64,000 bases of DNA from Tubulanus polymorphus (taxonomy: Eukaryota; Animalia; Nemertea), in assembly GCF_964204645.1 (NCBI RefSeq), contig NC_134028.1, positions 11,145,263 through 11,209,262 of the forward strand. Reading direction: 5' to 3'. The translations under genes were made by a program, and so were the position numbers. Below are positions 1 through 12,703 of this stretch, one piece after another. A model generated the notes under the pieces. That model was not told the DNA's origin. It was given only the letters and a program-made list of their open reading frames with translations, and ran no database searches. Every line of letters begins with the position of its first letter. The first letter of the stretch is position 1.

Positions 1-186
1 GGTTATTTCTCTTAATGTTTGGACACATACCAATAGCCCATTTTGGTCTTAACACAACCAGTGAAACTGCAGCGCATGAATGAACCATCATTTTTATATC
101 CATTTTGCACTGGAAGATTGCCAAAAAGTCTTATTTACCGTAACGCATTCGAATGAGAGAAAAGAGACCATAATTTATATGATAAT

Positions 187-609
187 CTATATATTATTAT
201 CATTAGTTTCAATAATATTATGATAATTAATCTTTTCTTTTTCTACATATTTCTTTGATTTCTTATTTGATGCCCAATTTTTATATAAAATATATTTCTT
301 ACATGTATCACAATATTTTGGATTATAATAATCTTTTTTTGATTCAATATCATATGTAGAAGGGATATCATTATTAGATGCAGAAGTGAAGGGTAGAATA
401 TTGTCTTCTATTTTAGATTCAATATTATCTTCTATTTTAGATTCAATATTATCCTCTATTTTAGTTTCAATATTCTTTTCTATTTTACTTATTCTATACT
501 TGAATTGATAAAATTCTCCAAAATACTTACTATATTCATAAGGTATTATATAATATATATCTGATATCATTTCACTTGGAGTTTGTATTTCATATATTCC
601 ACATTCCAT
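187..609 (-). CDS. Polinton protein with (KIEDNIES)n repeat and degenerate zinc finger
   Basis: Homolog of 24408-25060 (GIYEIQTPSE..SDIY); 24-bp tandem repeat; CDTC motif; TAAATG start. Confidence 0.7.
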   Translation of the reverse strand: MECGIYEIQTPSEMISDIYYIIPYEYSKYFGEFYQFKYRISKIEKNIETKIEDNIESKIEDNIESKIEDNILPFTSASNNDIPSTYDIESKKDYYNPKYCDTCKKYILYKNWASNKKSKKYVEKEKINYHNIIETNDNNI

Positions 610-737
610 TTATTATAAAATTTTTTATTAAAGATTAAAATTTTAATACATAACACAGTGTAATTGTGAATTTGTTATATTTAATCCCGCGTCAGATATG
701 ATATAAAAATGCATTTTATAATTGTTGCCTCCTTTTT

Positions 738-2015
738 AGCCCACTTGGGACTTAAGTCCCAGCGGGCTATTGCGTTCATTTTTCATCCGTCGTCCGTCGT
801 CCGTCCGTTCGTGCGTCCGTCCGTCCGTAGACGGAATCCAGTTATTTTGGGAAGTTTTGAAGACGCTTCAATGTAATGTCTTGATATTTGGGTTACACAT
901 GTATCTACCCTAGACACATCTTCAGCCCAAAAACTGGCCCTGTCAGAATTAAGATGGCCGACTGGCAGCCATTGTTGTTTGCCAAAATCAGCACTTTTTA
1001 TACGTTTTTGAACTTTTTGAGGGAATTTTTGAAGACGCTTTGATAAATTAGCTTGATCTTTCGTATATATTTGAATCCCCCAAGGGCCCATAAGCATAAC
1101 AAAAATTGGGTCGATCAGACTCAAGATGACTGTCCTATGACCTTTTTAGTGCCCAAAAATGTCAATTTTGGCCCGAATTCTGAGTCCTGTAGCTTCCTAC
1201 TGGTTTGCCATTGTTCACTGCAATTGCTGATGGGTATTCTTTGGAAAGGGATGTTTTATACCTGAGGTAGGTATTTTTGATCCGCCAATTATGATGCTAT
1301 TGGCGGCCATCTTGGTGTTATCGGTACTCATTCACGGGTGGGAAAAAGTTTTTCGACATTATATTGATACCTAAGCATATTTTGTTACCGCAATGAATTA
1401 GAAAGTTGTAGCTTATAAGGTGTTCTATGACTGTGGTGAGTTTCAAGGTCATTAGTGTTTGTATATGGCCACCAGGGGGCGTTGAATAATATAGTATCTT
1501 AGTATTTCTATATTATATTTGTACCAATGCATATTTTGTTACCACAATCAATTGCAAAGTTGTAACTCATGACATCGCCTATGATTGTGGTCTGTTTTAA
1601 GGACATTAGTTATTCTATATGGTCACCAGGGGGCATTGAATATTAGAATAACTTAGTATTTCCTTATCATATTGGTGCCTAAGCATATTTTGTTAACATG
1701 ATCAATTGCAAAGTTGTAGTTCATGACATGTTCTATGATTGTGGCGAGTTTCAGGGTCATTGGGTTTTGAATATGGTCACCAGGGGGCGTTGAATTGTAG
1801 AATTACCTAGTATTTCCATAATAAATTGGAAACGAGGCATATTTTCACAATCAATTACAAAATGGTAGCATATGACATGTTCTATGATTGTGGCGAGTTT
1901 TAAGGTCATTGGTTTTTTGTATATGGTCACCAGGGGGCGTTGAATATTGAAATTGTTAGATTGTTGAGCATTTGAAACCACTTCCCAAGTGGACATGGTG
2001 TCTCTGGACCCCTAG
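738..2015 (+). mobile_element. Non-autonomous Helentron-associated (HINE/DINE-like) element with central tandem array
   Basis: Inserted in a T-run of the MCP gene with no TSD; subterminal inverted repeat CCCACTTGGGA (740) / TCCCAAGTGG (1983); (CGTC)n microsatellite; short 3' palindrome; related copies at 39536 and 61100-61308. Confidence 0.7.
1375..1955. repeat. ~154-bp tandem repeat, about 4 units, each with GG(C/T)CACCAGGGGGC
   Basis: Motif recurs at 1467, 1621, 1775 and 1925. Confidence 0.9.
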
Positions 2016-3160
2016 TTTCTTTTTCATGAATAAATGTATTCCATTTTTAGTGTTCTGCTGCTTTTTCCCAGTACCATGTAATAAGTTATCTTCAGTTGTA
2101 TAATGCAAATTTATTACCAGTATAATAATCAATTTGATTAATATTACAATCTTCAGTTTATTTTTTTCAATCATAAAAATTTTTTAAATTTCTACCCATT
2201 GATCTATCATTCTCATTCCTTGACAAAATATTTTATTTGCTATACCTTCAATTGTTATTTCTACTTTTGATATATCAAGATTATAATAATTATCAACTTT
2301 TATTGCACCATTAGAATATGTTGCAATGGTAAAAAATATTAATATACCTTTGATAGATCTCCTTGGGGAGTTAATATTCTCATTAATTAATTCATCATTT
2401 GCATTAATAGTTACAGTTTTAAATTTATCAATATAATCATATTATAATGAAAATCCTTGATTGTATTTAGTCTGAATTGTGTTAGCAATATTTTCATCAG
2501 TTACTGTGTCATATTCTAAACATATATTTGATAATTTATAATCCATACCAGTAGTAACACTAGACAATACAATTTCATTAACAGGAGCAAATGTTATTTC
2601 GAATATAATATCTTCTTGTATAGCATATTTATATAAAGGTGCATTATTAAGTCTAATGGAATTTTTATATTTGCTTCCATAAATCGTTTTTATTAAATTA
2701 TCTACGTCATTAGTTACTACTGCGTTATGTGCTTCAGATCTTAATTTATTTTGGTTTTCTGATTGAATGCCTTGAAATATCATATTATTTCTATTTTCTT
2801 TTGTTAACCATAAATCTTTATAATGCGTAAATAAATTTTGATCATCTAAGGAAAAAACGGTTTCTGGTCCAATCTTTATATTTAATATTTTGATTAGATA
2901 TCTTCCAACATTATCTACGACATAATTATTATTATTACCAGTTACTTAAATATCAGCTGATAAATAAATAATATTTGGAACATAAAAAGTATTTTATGTT
3001 AATCGAGGAATTCTAACATATAAAGTTTCTTCAGGATTAATATAAGAAGGATTATGGGTAATTATACGATGAGATCTCTCTGCTTTAATTGCATTAGATA
3101 TTCTAGAATTCTTAGAAGGATTTATATAACTCCCACTCATTTGTTTAAGAAAAAAATTAA

Positions 3161-4763
3161 TCATTTATTTTTTATCATGTTTACTAATCCAAAAATTATT
3201 GCACTTACAACTGTAATTAAAAAAAAAATGATATATATTCAGCAGCAAAACTAATAATATTTCCAGCAGATTTCAATATAAAACTAACGATTGATGCAAT
3301 AATTCCGGGTAATGCTGCAGCAGATTTTATAGATAATTCCCATAGATATTTTTCTAAATTTTTTAAACCATCTTTATCTTTATCTTGTATAGAATTATTA
3401 TCATTTGGTGGTTTATCCGGTTTATTAGGACTTGGTGTAGATTTTAATGAATTTGAAATAGCTAAACCTATTGTTGTAAATATCATAGTTACAGCTGTTA
3501 GAATTGAAAGAATTGTGATACCTTCTAACTTAAATAATGACTTTATTATATCTTTCAATGATATTTTAGAATTTGGTTTTATTATTAAATCTTTAATAAT
3601 AACTTTTAATCTATTGATATTGATATTTCTGTAATTCTATGTTATATTTTAAATCATTAATTTCTTTTTCTAAACGTTATTATTTTTGCCTCAGACTTTA
3701 ATTGTTCTAATTATTTTCTTGATTTAGTATATTCATTTTCTAAAGTGCTTATTTTATAATGTCTAATCATTTTATCGTGCGCAATTTTATCAGCTGATTT
3801 TTGTACACCTTTAATTTCTCTACGTGCTTGTTCAGGAAATGTTTGAAATCTTCATCAGTTAAATCAAGAAATCCTTTTTGAAATAAAGGTTGCATTTGAT
3901 TTGTTCCGGTTCAGTACCAGATGTATCAAAAGTACTATTTATATGTTCTTCTGAATTATTTAGTCTATCAAATTTTTAATACAACTTGTAATTGACTTGA
4001 TTCATTTTTAATTGGTTGAGTGTCTCTTCTCGATGTTTCTGGTGTTGAAGTTCTTAATTTATCTAATTGATCTCCATACTCTTCCATTTCTGTATCAACA
4101 TCAAAAGGATTTAAATTTGGATTTTTAAATGGTGAATATTTGTGAATATCAATATTCTCAATTGGTTCTTCTTGATTTACCCTTTTGAGTGCATTCCATA
4201 CAATTCTGAGAATTTCTGAGCCATCTTTTGAATGTTCAATAGTAGATCTTGCTAACAGTCCAGGTCTAAACATATTTTCTTGTCCCATTTAAAATAATTG
4301 TATTGATACAATTTTGTTATTTAATTCAACATTATAATACCATGCATCATTTTTAAATTCTAAATTATACATGAAATGTGGGTCATCTTTTAAAATTTGT
4401 ATTACAATATCTTCTGTAACAATTGATCCTTTAATATTTCCTGGTAATATTTCGTTAACAACTGTATCTATTACTCTACTTTTCATGAAACATAATCCTT
4501 TTGATATTTTAGGAAATTATGTTGATTTCACTAATCTATTCATTAAATCTTTTCTTTCTGTTTTTAGTTTTAATTACACCCCTTTCAGGAGCTGTTGAAT
4601 ATTTTATTATTTTACCATATAATTCACCATCATCATCAACTTAATTAGAATTATATGCTATTTCATTATCATTATCAAAATTTGTTTCATCAAAATCAGG
4701 TTGTTGTTCATCAGTTATACCAGTTTCATTAAAATCTTGTAATTCATAATCTTCTGCATCCAT
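3161..4763 (-). pseudogene. Polinton acidic-N-terminus / coiled-coil / C-terminal transmembrane protein, copy C
   Basis: 3217-3558 nearly identical to 22596-23084; TAAATG start at 4763; several stops and frameshifts. Confidence 0.75.
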
Positions 4764-5934
4764 TTATATAATATAAAAATTAGAATTAAAAATATAATAT
4801 TCCTCCTATTATAATACCTACACAAGTTATAGCTAATTTAGTATTTTCATATGATTTATTATCATTATTACTTTTAATTATTTCATGTTGAATATTATCG
4901 GTTTTTTATATTTTCTGATGTATTGTAATCTTTTATTTTAGAATCATTATTTAATTTTTAGCATTGGTTGACGTCATGCCAATGCAAGTAAAATGGAGCG
5001 AAAATAGTAGTACGAAAAAATAGCGCCAACTCTTCTCATTTTCATAGTAACTTCAAATTGTCAATCCGTTCGCGTAAAACATTAGAAACAGCTGAAAATG
5101 ACAAAAAAAAATGTTTCAATTATTCTTCACAACATAGCGTCGCCAGATTTCTGATTAAATGGTCCAAAAAGTTATTCGATCGCATTTTTCTCGTTCATTA
5201 TCTGGTAGATGAGAGTGGGTTAAACAATCGCGTAGCGATATGTCCGCATTGACATTGGCAGTAAAGAATGGGGAACAGCCTCTTCTGAATAGAAAAACAT
5301 AAAATTATGTACCTCCGGTTTATAAATATCACAATGTTTGGATATAACTGTTACTCCAACTATCAGTATCCATGGGATTATTTGAGATTAATTCTCAGCG
5401 TCAGAATACGTATTTCTAGAGCAGTGGAACGGCAGCCTACTCGTAACTGAAACCCGCATGTGATCGTGCGGGAACGCCTTTACTAAAGTTAAAACCATTT
5501 CATGATGACACGAAACATCAAACGGTAAACGGTAGGCTACCACCATGATACGATATCACCAATAAAGATAGATCATTTTATTCAATTTTACCAGAGTTGT
5601 TTATTGGAGGAAAATATCATTGTTAAGTACGCCGAGAACAACCATGTTGTATCATCAATCAGTTGACTGACATTGTAAAATTCGATTCGGCTATATTCTA
5701 ATATAAGTTTTCACTTTAGGACGCCCTAACCGCTTGCTGCGCACTCATAAGGCCGTAGCACCCTCTAACGCACTCGGCAGGGATTCGCTTTGTAATGCGC
5801 GCCGGGAAAAATACCTTTTATTATCTTTTCCATGCGTTAAACAACAGTGATTGAATTGACGCATTGTTTGTCGTAAATTACAATATTGCGATGGTTATTT
5901 GCCGCTGCTGTAGTTTTTTGGAATTGAATCGAGC

Positions 5935-6160
5935 GGCCTCGGTAGCTCAGTGAGATAAGGCGTGATGCTGTTGAATCCACGATCAATGCTGAGTGACAAG
6001 TGGGTTCGAGTCCTGCTAGCTGCCAGCAGTGTGCGGGCAACACTTCAAAGGCCGTACCGTCGTGAGGTTAAATGAACAATCCAATAGGAATATAGTCTTG
6101 GGAAACCAAGATCCAAACGACGTACGTAAAGCCAATCAAACAAAAAGACAAACAAACAAT
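5935..6160 (+). mobile_element. tRNA-derived SINE
   Basis: A-box-like TAGCTCAGTGAG, B-box GGTTCGAGTCC, (CAAA)n tail at ~6136-6160. Confidence 0.7.
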
Positions 6161-6529
6161 CATCAGCCGGCCTCAGTGACACCAACGCCGGCATCGCTCT
6201 CTGCGACGTTTTGCATGCGTACATGCATCAGAGCTTGGAGCTCTAAGATCAGAGGGTCTTGCAATTGCATCCAGAAAAATCGTTCTGTTTTTGTTTTCAT
6301 TATTCAGTGGGGCCTAACAGTTCATGCGTAAAAATGGGTTTTTGTATCCAAATCTAGATTGATATAAATATCTTGGCTGGGACATGATGGAAAATATCAG
6401 AATAAACTAGTTTCGTCTTTTTAACAGAATCGCATTAATGAGGTTTAACAGTACAAATAGCCTAGGCTAAATCGTTCGGCAGAAAATAAATTCATTTTCA
6501 GGAATAAAATCGTACTAGACTAATAGACC

Positions 6530-6975
6530 TTAAAGTCTGTGGTCCTCCCAATCAACATCGTCATAGAAGATTTGGGCCTCTTGGGCTTTCAACCGCTCCT
6601 CATCATAACGTTTTGATGACGAGCCAAGCTTTTCGATGAGCATAAGGTTAATAGGATCATGTAGGATGTCTTCTCTTCTGAAGTTTTGCGTCGCCTTTTG
6701 ACCTCGTAACAAGTATTTCACAGCTTGAAGCGCAGAAAACGTTTTTGCGGCCATCTTGTTAGTCTTGGAGTTCAATACGTTACCCATTATACTAAATGAA
6801 CTCTCGACTACAGTGGCACTGAAAGGGGTCATCATTGCGAATATCATTTTGCATAGTTTCGGATATTTTCCAGTATCCGACACATCACTCCACCAGGAAT
6901 CTATTCTTATTGGGTTCTCTTTGTCGAAAGCTGATGGCAATGATTTATCAGCGTGGAACTGGTGGACCTCTTTAT
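6530..6975 (-). pseudogene. hAT-family transposase C-terminal (dimerisation-region) fragment
   Basis: IDSWW...KYPKLCKM...VESSFS pattern typical of the hAT C-terminus; 5' truncated. Confidence 0.65.
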
Positions 6976-7007
6976 AAAATCACATTCAGCTTAAAATCAC
7001 ATTCAGC

Positions 7008-7315
7008 TTAATTATAATTTATTTGTGTTCCAAATTGTTTAACATTTTTCAATGGTAAAATATTCCATAAACTAGAATTCCATAAACTAGAATTACAGAT
7101 TGTATCTTTAGTTGCTTCAAATGATTTTGTAGGAGCTATTAAATTGCAATAAATATAAAAGTGTGTAAAAGACATTAAATTTGTATAAGTATCAATATTT
7201 CAATAAGCTTTATCTGGATTAATTCCTAACAGTTTAGCTAAAGGTTTTTTAACCACAAATTGATGTTGTTCATCATAAGCTAACTTCATTCTTACTTTAT
7301 TATTGATATCACTTT
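7008..7315 (-). pseudogene. Polinton penton, internal/3' fragment, copy C
   Basis: Reverse-complement match to 18490-18725 and 28310-28580 (KPLAKLLGI..FYIYCNLI..EATKDTICNS). Confidence 0.75.
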
Positions 7316-8989
7316 TTAGCGAACCCATGTTTCGCTTCTTATGCCAACGTTCTAGTTGGTCTTGTGCCAATATTGCTATAAAGTGATGTTAACAAGCCAC
7401 ATTTTGAAACGGTGATAGACCCGGTCGTATTTCTTGTTGCAGATGATTCAAATAGCATAACACTCGCTATTGTGCGAATTTCGTTGCGATGTGATTGATC
7501 TAAGCTGTAAAATTTTAGATAATTAGAAAATTTCCTTAGCTATAATATAGTTTGACATGACCTGGAATGACCTAAGTCATGAATAATCATAAGCAGATGC
7601 GCATGCGCTTAACACTGTGTAGAATGTGTAGTATTTTGTAAAATATCAAGTTGTGTATTGACGATTACTGTTAAGAAAACGAATGGCGGAAAAGCACGTT
7701 ACATTTTTATACTTTGGTCACTGACTCTTGAAATAAGAGTACCGTCGACGTCAAGATACTCGAAGAAACCGTAGCGTATTAACTTCCACCAGTCGTCGGG
7801 TATGGTACATGTACGAGGGAGGGAGGTAAGTCTTCAGTTTCTCCTGATGAATTAACAATTCACAATGTATATCCTATAAAAAGACCTTCATTTTTTTCAT
7901 GACTGGACCTCGTTTGTAAAAAAAATACCTGCTGAATCGGAATACTAACTTCTTTCAGCTATATCGTTTGCTACTATAGGTTATTAGGAGAAAAAAATAA
8001 TCTTCCACCCCTCCACTTTTTACTCAATGGATTTACTGGCCTTGCGATTGCGCAATACCGATTAATGCTGGCAGCACCAGCTTGCCAATTGAGAACTCTC
8101 CACATTTTCGGCTGTCCCTGAAGCTATTTTAATAGCGATTGTGCGATTACTGAATTATTTCCGAATAAAGTTATAACAACATAATAAAAGACCTGATTTA
8201 GCGATATGAACGGTGGGTTTGAATTGCTTTGTCTTCTTATCTGTCGCTACAATGCGTGTTTGTGCATGAAAACAGTTTCTTCAATGATTTTGATAGAACA
8301 TTGCACAGGCGTTTAAAACATTTCTCGAGGGTGGCCGAGCTGAAATTTCGAGATGATACGAACGAACTTAATATTTAGCATAATTTAGCAACTCGCAATA
8401 TTTGGTCATTAATGAGTTTGCTAGGGCAATGGAATACAGAAGCATCAGTAAAACATATATTTTCTCTTTTTTACCTTCAGGGCCTCTTGTTTAGGTAATG
8501 ATCTGGTGAGTAGCAGTCATTAAACTTATAACAAAGATTACGACGTTCACGGGAAACCATAACCTAGACACATGTACGACGGAACATCTGAACTACCGGT
8601 ATTCAAGATTCAAGTTATTGTAAAAAAATTAGCTTGTTATTTTGCAAAAAATAAAACATTTTATTTGATATGAAGTGTTGACCTCTCCATCTCACAGTTC
8701 TTTGTCAACTGAGCTTTGATTTTAAGCCCCCCTCCACCCCAATTTCAAATGCAAAGTTCAATGTTCTCACAGGATTGACTGGTAAGATTATGCCAGACTT
8801 AATCTCTCGATGAGATCTTCCTGACCAATTACTTATTGGGACCAGGTCAGCAGCCACTTCTTTGAAAGCATATTTCGGTTTCTTTCTTTTACTTCTCAGA
8901 TTATCATGTCGGTGAGTTTCTTGGCCATTGGTCCTTTATTAAAAATTAAGTTCCAAATCCAGCAGACACTCCCATTTTTAAATGAGCTC

Positions 8990-9254
8990 TTTTATTAATT
9001 TTACTGCGCTAATGATTCTAAATTATTTAATCCAGATTTTAAAAATAGATGATACCATTTATTCAAATGTCTAGCATAAATTATAAAAGTTAAATAATCA
9101 AGACTTTTATTTGATATATTATAAAAAGAATTACATAAACTTATATTTACTAATTTTAAATCAGCACAATTTCTAAATTCTCTATCTAATTGTACTAGTA
9201 AATTATGTGATTTATGATTTAATAGTTTTCTAGAATCAACAAATATTCTACCAT
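8990..9254 (-). pseudogene. Polinton penton, 5' fragment, copy C
   Basis: Translates to VDSRKLLNHKSHNLLVQLDREF..LKLVNISLCNSFYNIS, matching 18103; TAAATG start at 9254. Confidence 0.8.
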
Positions 9255-9371
9255 TTATTTTACATATTTTTTTATTCGAAATCTATATCATGACATCCTT
9301 TTTCCAAATTTTTTATTAAAATTGATTTCATTACTATTTATATATGAATATTTTATATATGGAATTATTAG

Positions 9372-9520
9372 AGTAATAGGGTATATGTATTTTCATATCA
9401 GAGGTTGAAAGGTTGAGTGAGTGAAAAATGAAAATAAATTTGAGCGTGTGAGAATTTATTTTTATTTTTTATGAGCTCGCCCTTTCGACCTCTGGTATGA
9501 AAAGACATATACCCTATTAC
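9372..9520. repeat. Polinton terminal hairpin, copy C
   Basis: AGTAATAGGGTATATGT...ACATATACCCTATTAC imperfect palindrome with a 10-nt loop; terminal T absent. Confidence 0.9.
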
Positions 9521-9839
9521 ATTGATGGTAGGCTACGGCAATACAAGTTCACTCTGGGGTAAAAATCCACCCCGGTCTAAAACAAATTATGTAAATAATA
9601 GAAATAAACGTAGAAAGTTGCATCATTTGGCACAGATTATAACCAGGGGCGTAAAGCCGAGCTCACAGGACAAAGTCCATTAGGGTATAAGTCACCTTGA
9701 GAACAACGAGGAAATTTCCAAAATCCCGAGCTAGACAAAGGTTAAAGTACTTACATAAAGACATGCAAAAGGCCCAAGGGCAAAAATAGCCGGACGGTCA
9801 TCATATCACATGGATCAGATAATAGTGATAAGGTACAAT

Positions 9840-10093
9840 GCGTACATGGGCAGCTTTGCCGCGCGAGAACTTGCGACTTCAATCAGATTGCTCATTGTAT
9901 TAATCGCTGAGGTAAATTTCAAGGAAGAACTATATAAACGGGAAAACCTGGGCTAAATTAAACAGTATATCTGATTGGCTGATTATGAAATCATCTAAGC
10001 TGCGCGTGTAGCTGCGTACTCGGTCTAGTGTGGCAGGGTTTCGTACCGTGGCAATCTCGATGCCATAAGGTTCGAATCCCTGCCGGGAAGGAT
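9840..10093 (+). mobile_element. Partial copy of the Mutator-like MITE at 52568-52907
   Basis: Colinear similarity to 52656-52907, ending in GGATG. Confidence 0.7.
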
Positions 10094-10155
10094 GTGTTTT
10101 CAATGGTCCCAGCAGTGATGTTATATGTAAAGCACTTTTGTAAGATCCTTTAGAC

Positions 10156-10188
10156 CATGGGACGTATAAACTAGTTTATACGTCCATG
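10156..10188. repeat. 33-bp palindrome CATGG(G)ACGTATAAACTAGTTTATACGTCCATG, putative P-superfamily excision footprint
   Basis: Flanked by TTTAGAC/TTTAGAT; second copy at 46223-46254. Confidence 0.6.
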
Positions 10189-10286
10189 TTTAGATGTACA
10201 ATGGATTCTGTTTGATTAACTTTAATTAAACTCAATGCACTCTCTACTGTTGTAGATCGATTTCCACTGTTCAGAGGTTTGGAAAA

Positions 10287-11464
10287 ATGGATTCAATATA
10301 TCCCTGTGAACTAACGACGGACACGGATGGAAAACCGCTGGCTAAAATAAAAAGTCCTGGATTTAATCCTTACGATATTGATCGGTCAAGTAAGCATTGA
10401 TTACATTTATTGAATTGATTTATTGATATAACAGAATATTTGCCTTAGAATTAGTTACCCAATATCCTTTAAACGATCGCAGTATACCTGCAAAACTTGC
10501 TTGCTTGATTTGGTGTTAGTGATCTTAGTTATAGAATTTAAGACTAACTTTGTAAGATTGCGAATTGGTTGTACTAGTGGGAATACACGCTAAAAAGCCA
10601 TGAGAAAACCATTATTTTTTGCTAAGGTGGCGTTCCATTGTTTTATTCATTTCAGGTCAAGATGTAATTTATCCAATATCATAATGAGTTCATTATCTTT
10701 TGTCTTGAAACTTTTCAGAGTTTATTCCTGAGTGGAGTTTAGAACGGCTGATGACAGCCAATCGCCTGCGCGCACTCTATAGTGGTGACTTCCTTGACTG
10801 GAACAAGGTTATGCAAGGAAAAATGGTATTCTTCGTCGGAAAACGAACAGAAATAGCAAGAAACTTTTACAATCGTGATTTACTAATCGGTCCACTGATG
10901 TCAGAAGTCAAACTTGGTTATGTCGGGAAATCATCGTATAATACTATAAACACACTTTCCCACGCAGAGACTGGCCAACAGATTGCCAGTGAAGTCAGTC
11001 AGTTAGTTTTAATTGACCCGAAAGTCCGCAAGCCCGTCCCATTACCTGGATGGTGGGTCGACAAATATGCGTCATTCACTGCAGGTGGAAAGTCCATGCG
11101 CGTTGAAATTCTTGTCAAACCGAAAAGTTCTTTCATTCACCAGACTAAAGTCCGTCACAGTGACATGGATGGATACGGACATACAAACTTTGCATCGTAT
11201 GTGCAATTTTCTTTAAACGCTGCTGCCTGTGCGACTGCCGACGGACACTTTAAGGGATTTCAAAACGACATTGTTAATTATCCAATGAAAAGCAGCGAGA
11301 TGACATTTAAAGGTGAAAGCACTGCTGAAGACATTCTGAACGTAGCGACCTGGGAAGATTCGAACAATCAAAAAATTATACATTGTCAAATATACAAAGC
11401 GACTGATTTAATTTACCAGCAAACCATGACATTTTACGATAGTTTCCTGAAAAACAATTCGTGA
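10287..11464 (+). CDS. Host double hotdog-fold acyl-ACP/acyl-CoA thioesterase-like protein (~282 aa; exons 10287-10389 and 10719-11464)
   Basis: GTAAG..TTTTCAG phase-1 intron joins the two exons in frame; VRHSDMDGYGHTNFASY thioesterase motif. Confidence 0.75.
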
Positions 11465-12703
11465 TCAAATTGCTGTCTGGGATTCTGTATCTATGCACGT
11501 TATATGCTCACGTTATCTTAGATACAAACTTGCAACTACATCAGCTTTATGCTTAAATTTTGAAATTTCCGTGGCACCAAAATAAAGTACTATCGGCGAA
11601 TTTTCGCCAAGCCGCTGTTCAAGAGCTATTTTATTGTTCTTCGCAATTCTCAAAATTAGCAGAAACAAGTCTTTTAACTGTAAAACAATTTCAGTAAGGT
11701 CCAAATATTCATCCATATACGTGATTTGATGCGTATAAATGCGATGTGTGTGACTGGTAAAGACTATGTGTTTGACGGGTAAAAACGGTATTTTGACTGA
11801 TAAATACGATGTGTTTGACTGGTGATTTGCAAATGTGAAGTTTGAATTTTGACAGTATATCTACGACTAGCAATTCGGTCATGCGAGATCATATTTGATG
11901 CGTCACATAAGGTGTTTAGACGAGCATTTTATGTTGAGTTGACTCAAAAATTTGATGTTTTGTCCCTTCAAAAATGATACCTTGTTTCTCATCCAAACCT
12001 CATTTCTAGACATGATGAGGGCGGGTGAATTTTTTTGTTTTGAGCTTTTTTAGAATAAAAAGTGGAAATAAACTCATATTTTCATATTTTCTAAGATGAT
12101 GAGGGCGGGAGGTTTTTCGACGCCTTATAAATCGTCACCATTATGAAACCTAAACAGTGTTTACCATTCAGCGTCATTTTACAAATCACAACAGTAAATC
12201 GATGTGCAAAACGTCACAGGTCTATGTGTACAGAGACAAGCTATTTGGCAAAATATTATATTGACAAAGATGAAGAATTCCTTCCTGTGATTATATAATG
12301 AGCCCTTTTTAAACGTCGAAATATTATATTGCATTGAATATCATGAGAAGATGTATTGTTATAGTAATGGATACATGATTATATCGGAAGCGATAGGCAT
12401 AAATAGAATTGATAAGTAAATCGGATTATTCGAGTCAAAATGACGGATGTATACACAATGCGGAAGTCTGATATAAAAGTAAGACCCTGACATAGGGATG
12501 CTGTCGGAATTACGAAGCTGTCTACGATCAGTGTAGGGCTGGCGTGAATTTTATCGGTGGCTATACGCGGTCAATATGAAAATTTGTAAACATTTTATTT
12601 CAATATTCAAATGTTTTAGAAAATATGTTCCATATTAGGGGTTCTTTACGAAATTACGAAGTGTGAAACGAAATTACGAAATGCAAAACGAAATATGAAA
12701 CGA

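Larger units (their letters stand above)
643..3140 (-). pseudogene. Polinton major capsid protein, copy C
   Basis: Fragments 2442-2783 and 1956-2174 match the MCP at 23105-24358; frameshifts; split by an insertion at 738-2015. Confidence 0.8.
170..9520 (-). mobile_element. Maverick/Polinton copy C (fragmented, polymerase deleted, interrupted by other insertions)
   Basis: Minus-strand homologs of copy A genes in the same order: terminal hairpin 9372-9520, last ~10 codons of PolB, penton pieces, 3' part of the conserved 20351-type gene (4783-4960), coiled-coil/TM gene, MCP, ZnF gene. Left boundary approximate. Confidence 0.85.

Noticed and set aside
783-1124. 113-aa ORF recurring at 39534-39746
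   Set aside because: Chance frame in a non-coding HINE-like repeat that includes a microsatellite
5935-6020. Functional tRNA gene
   Set aside because: No convincing cloverleaf; followed by a SINE body and (CAAA)n tail
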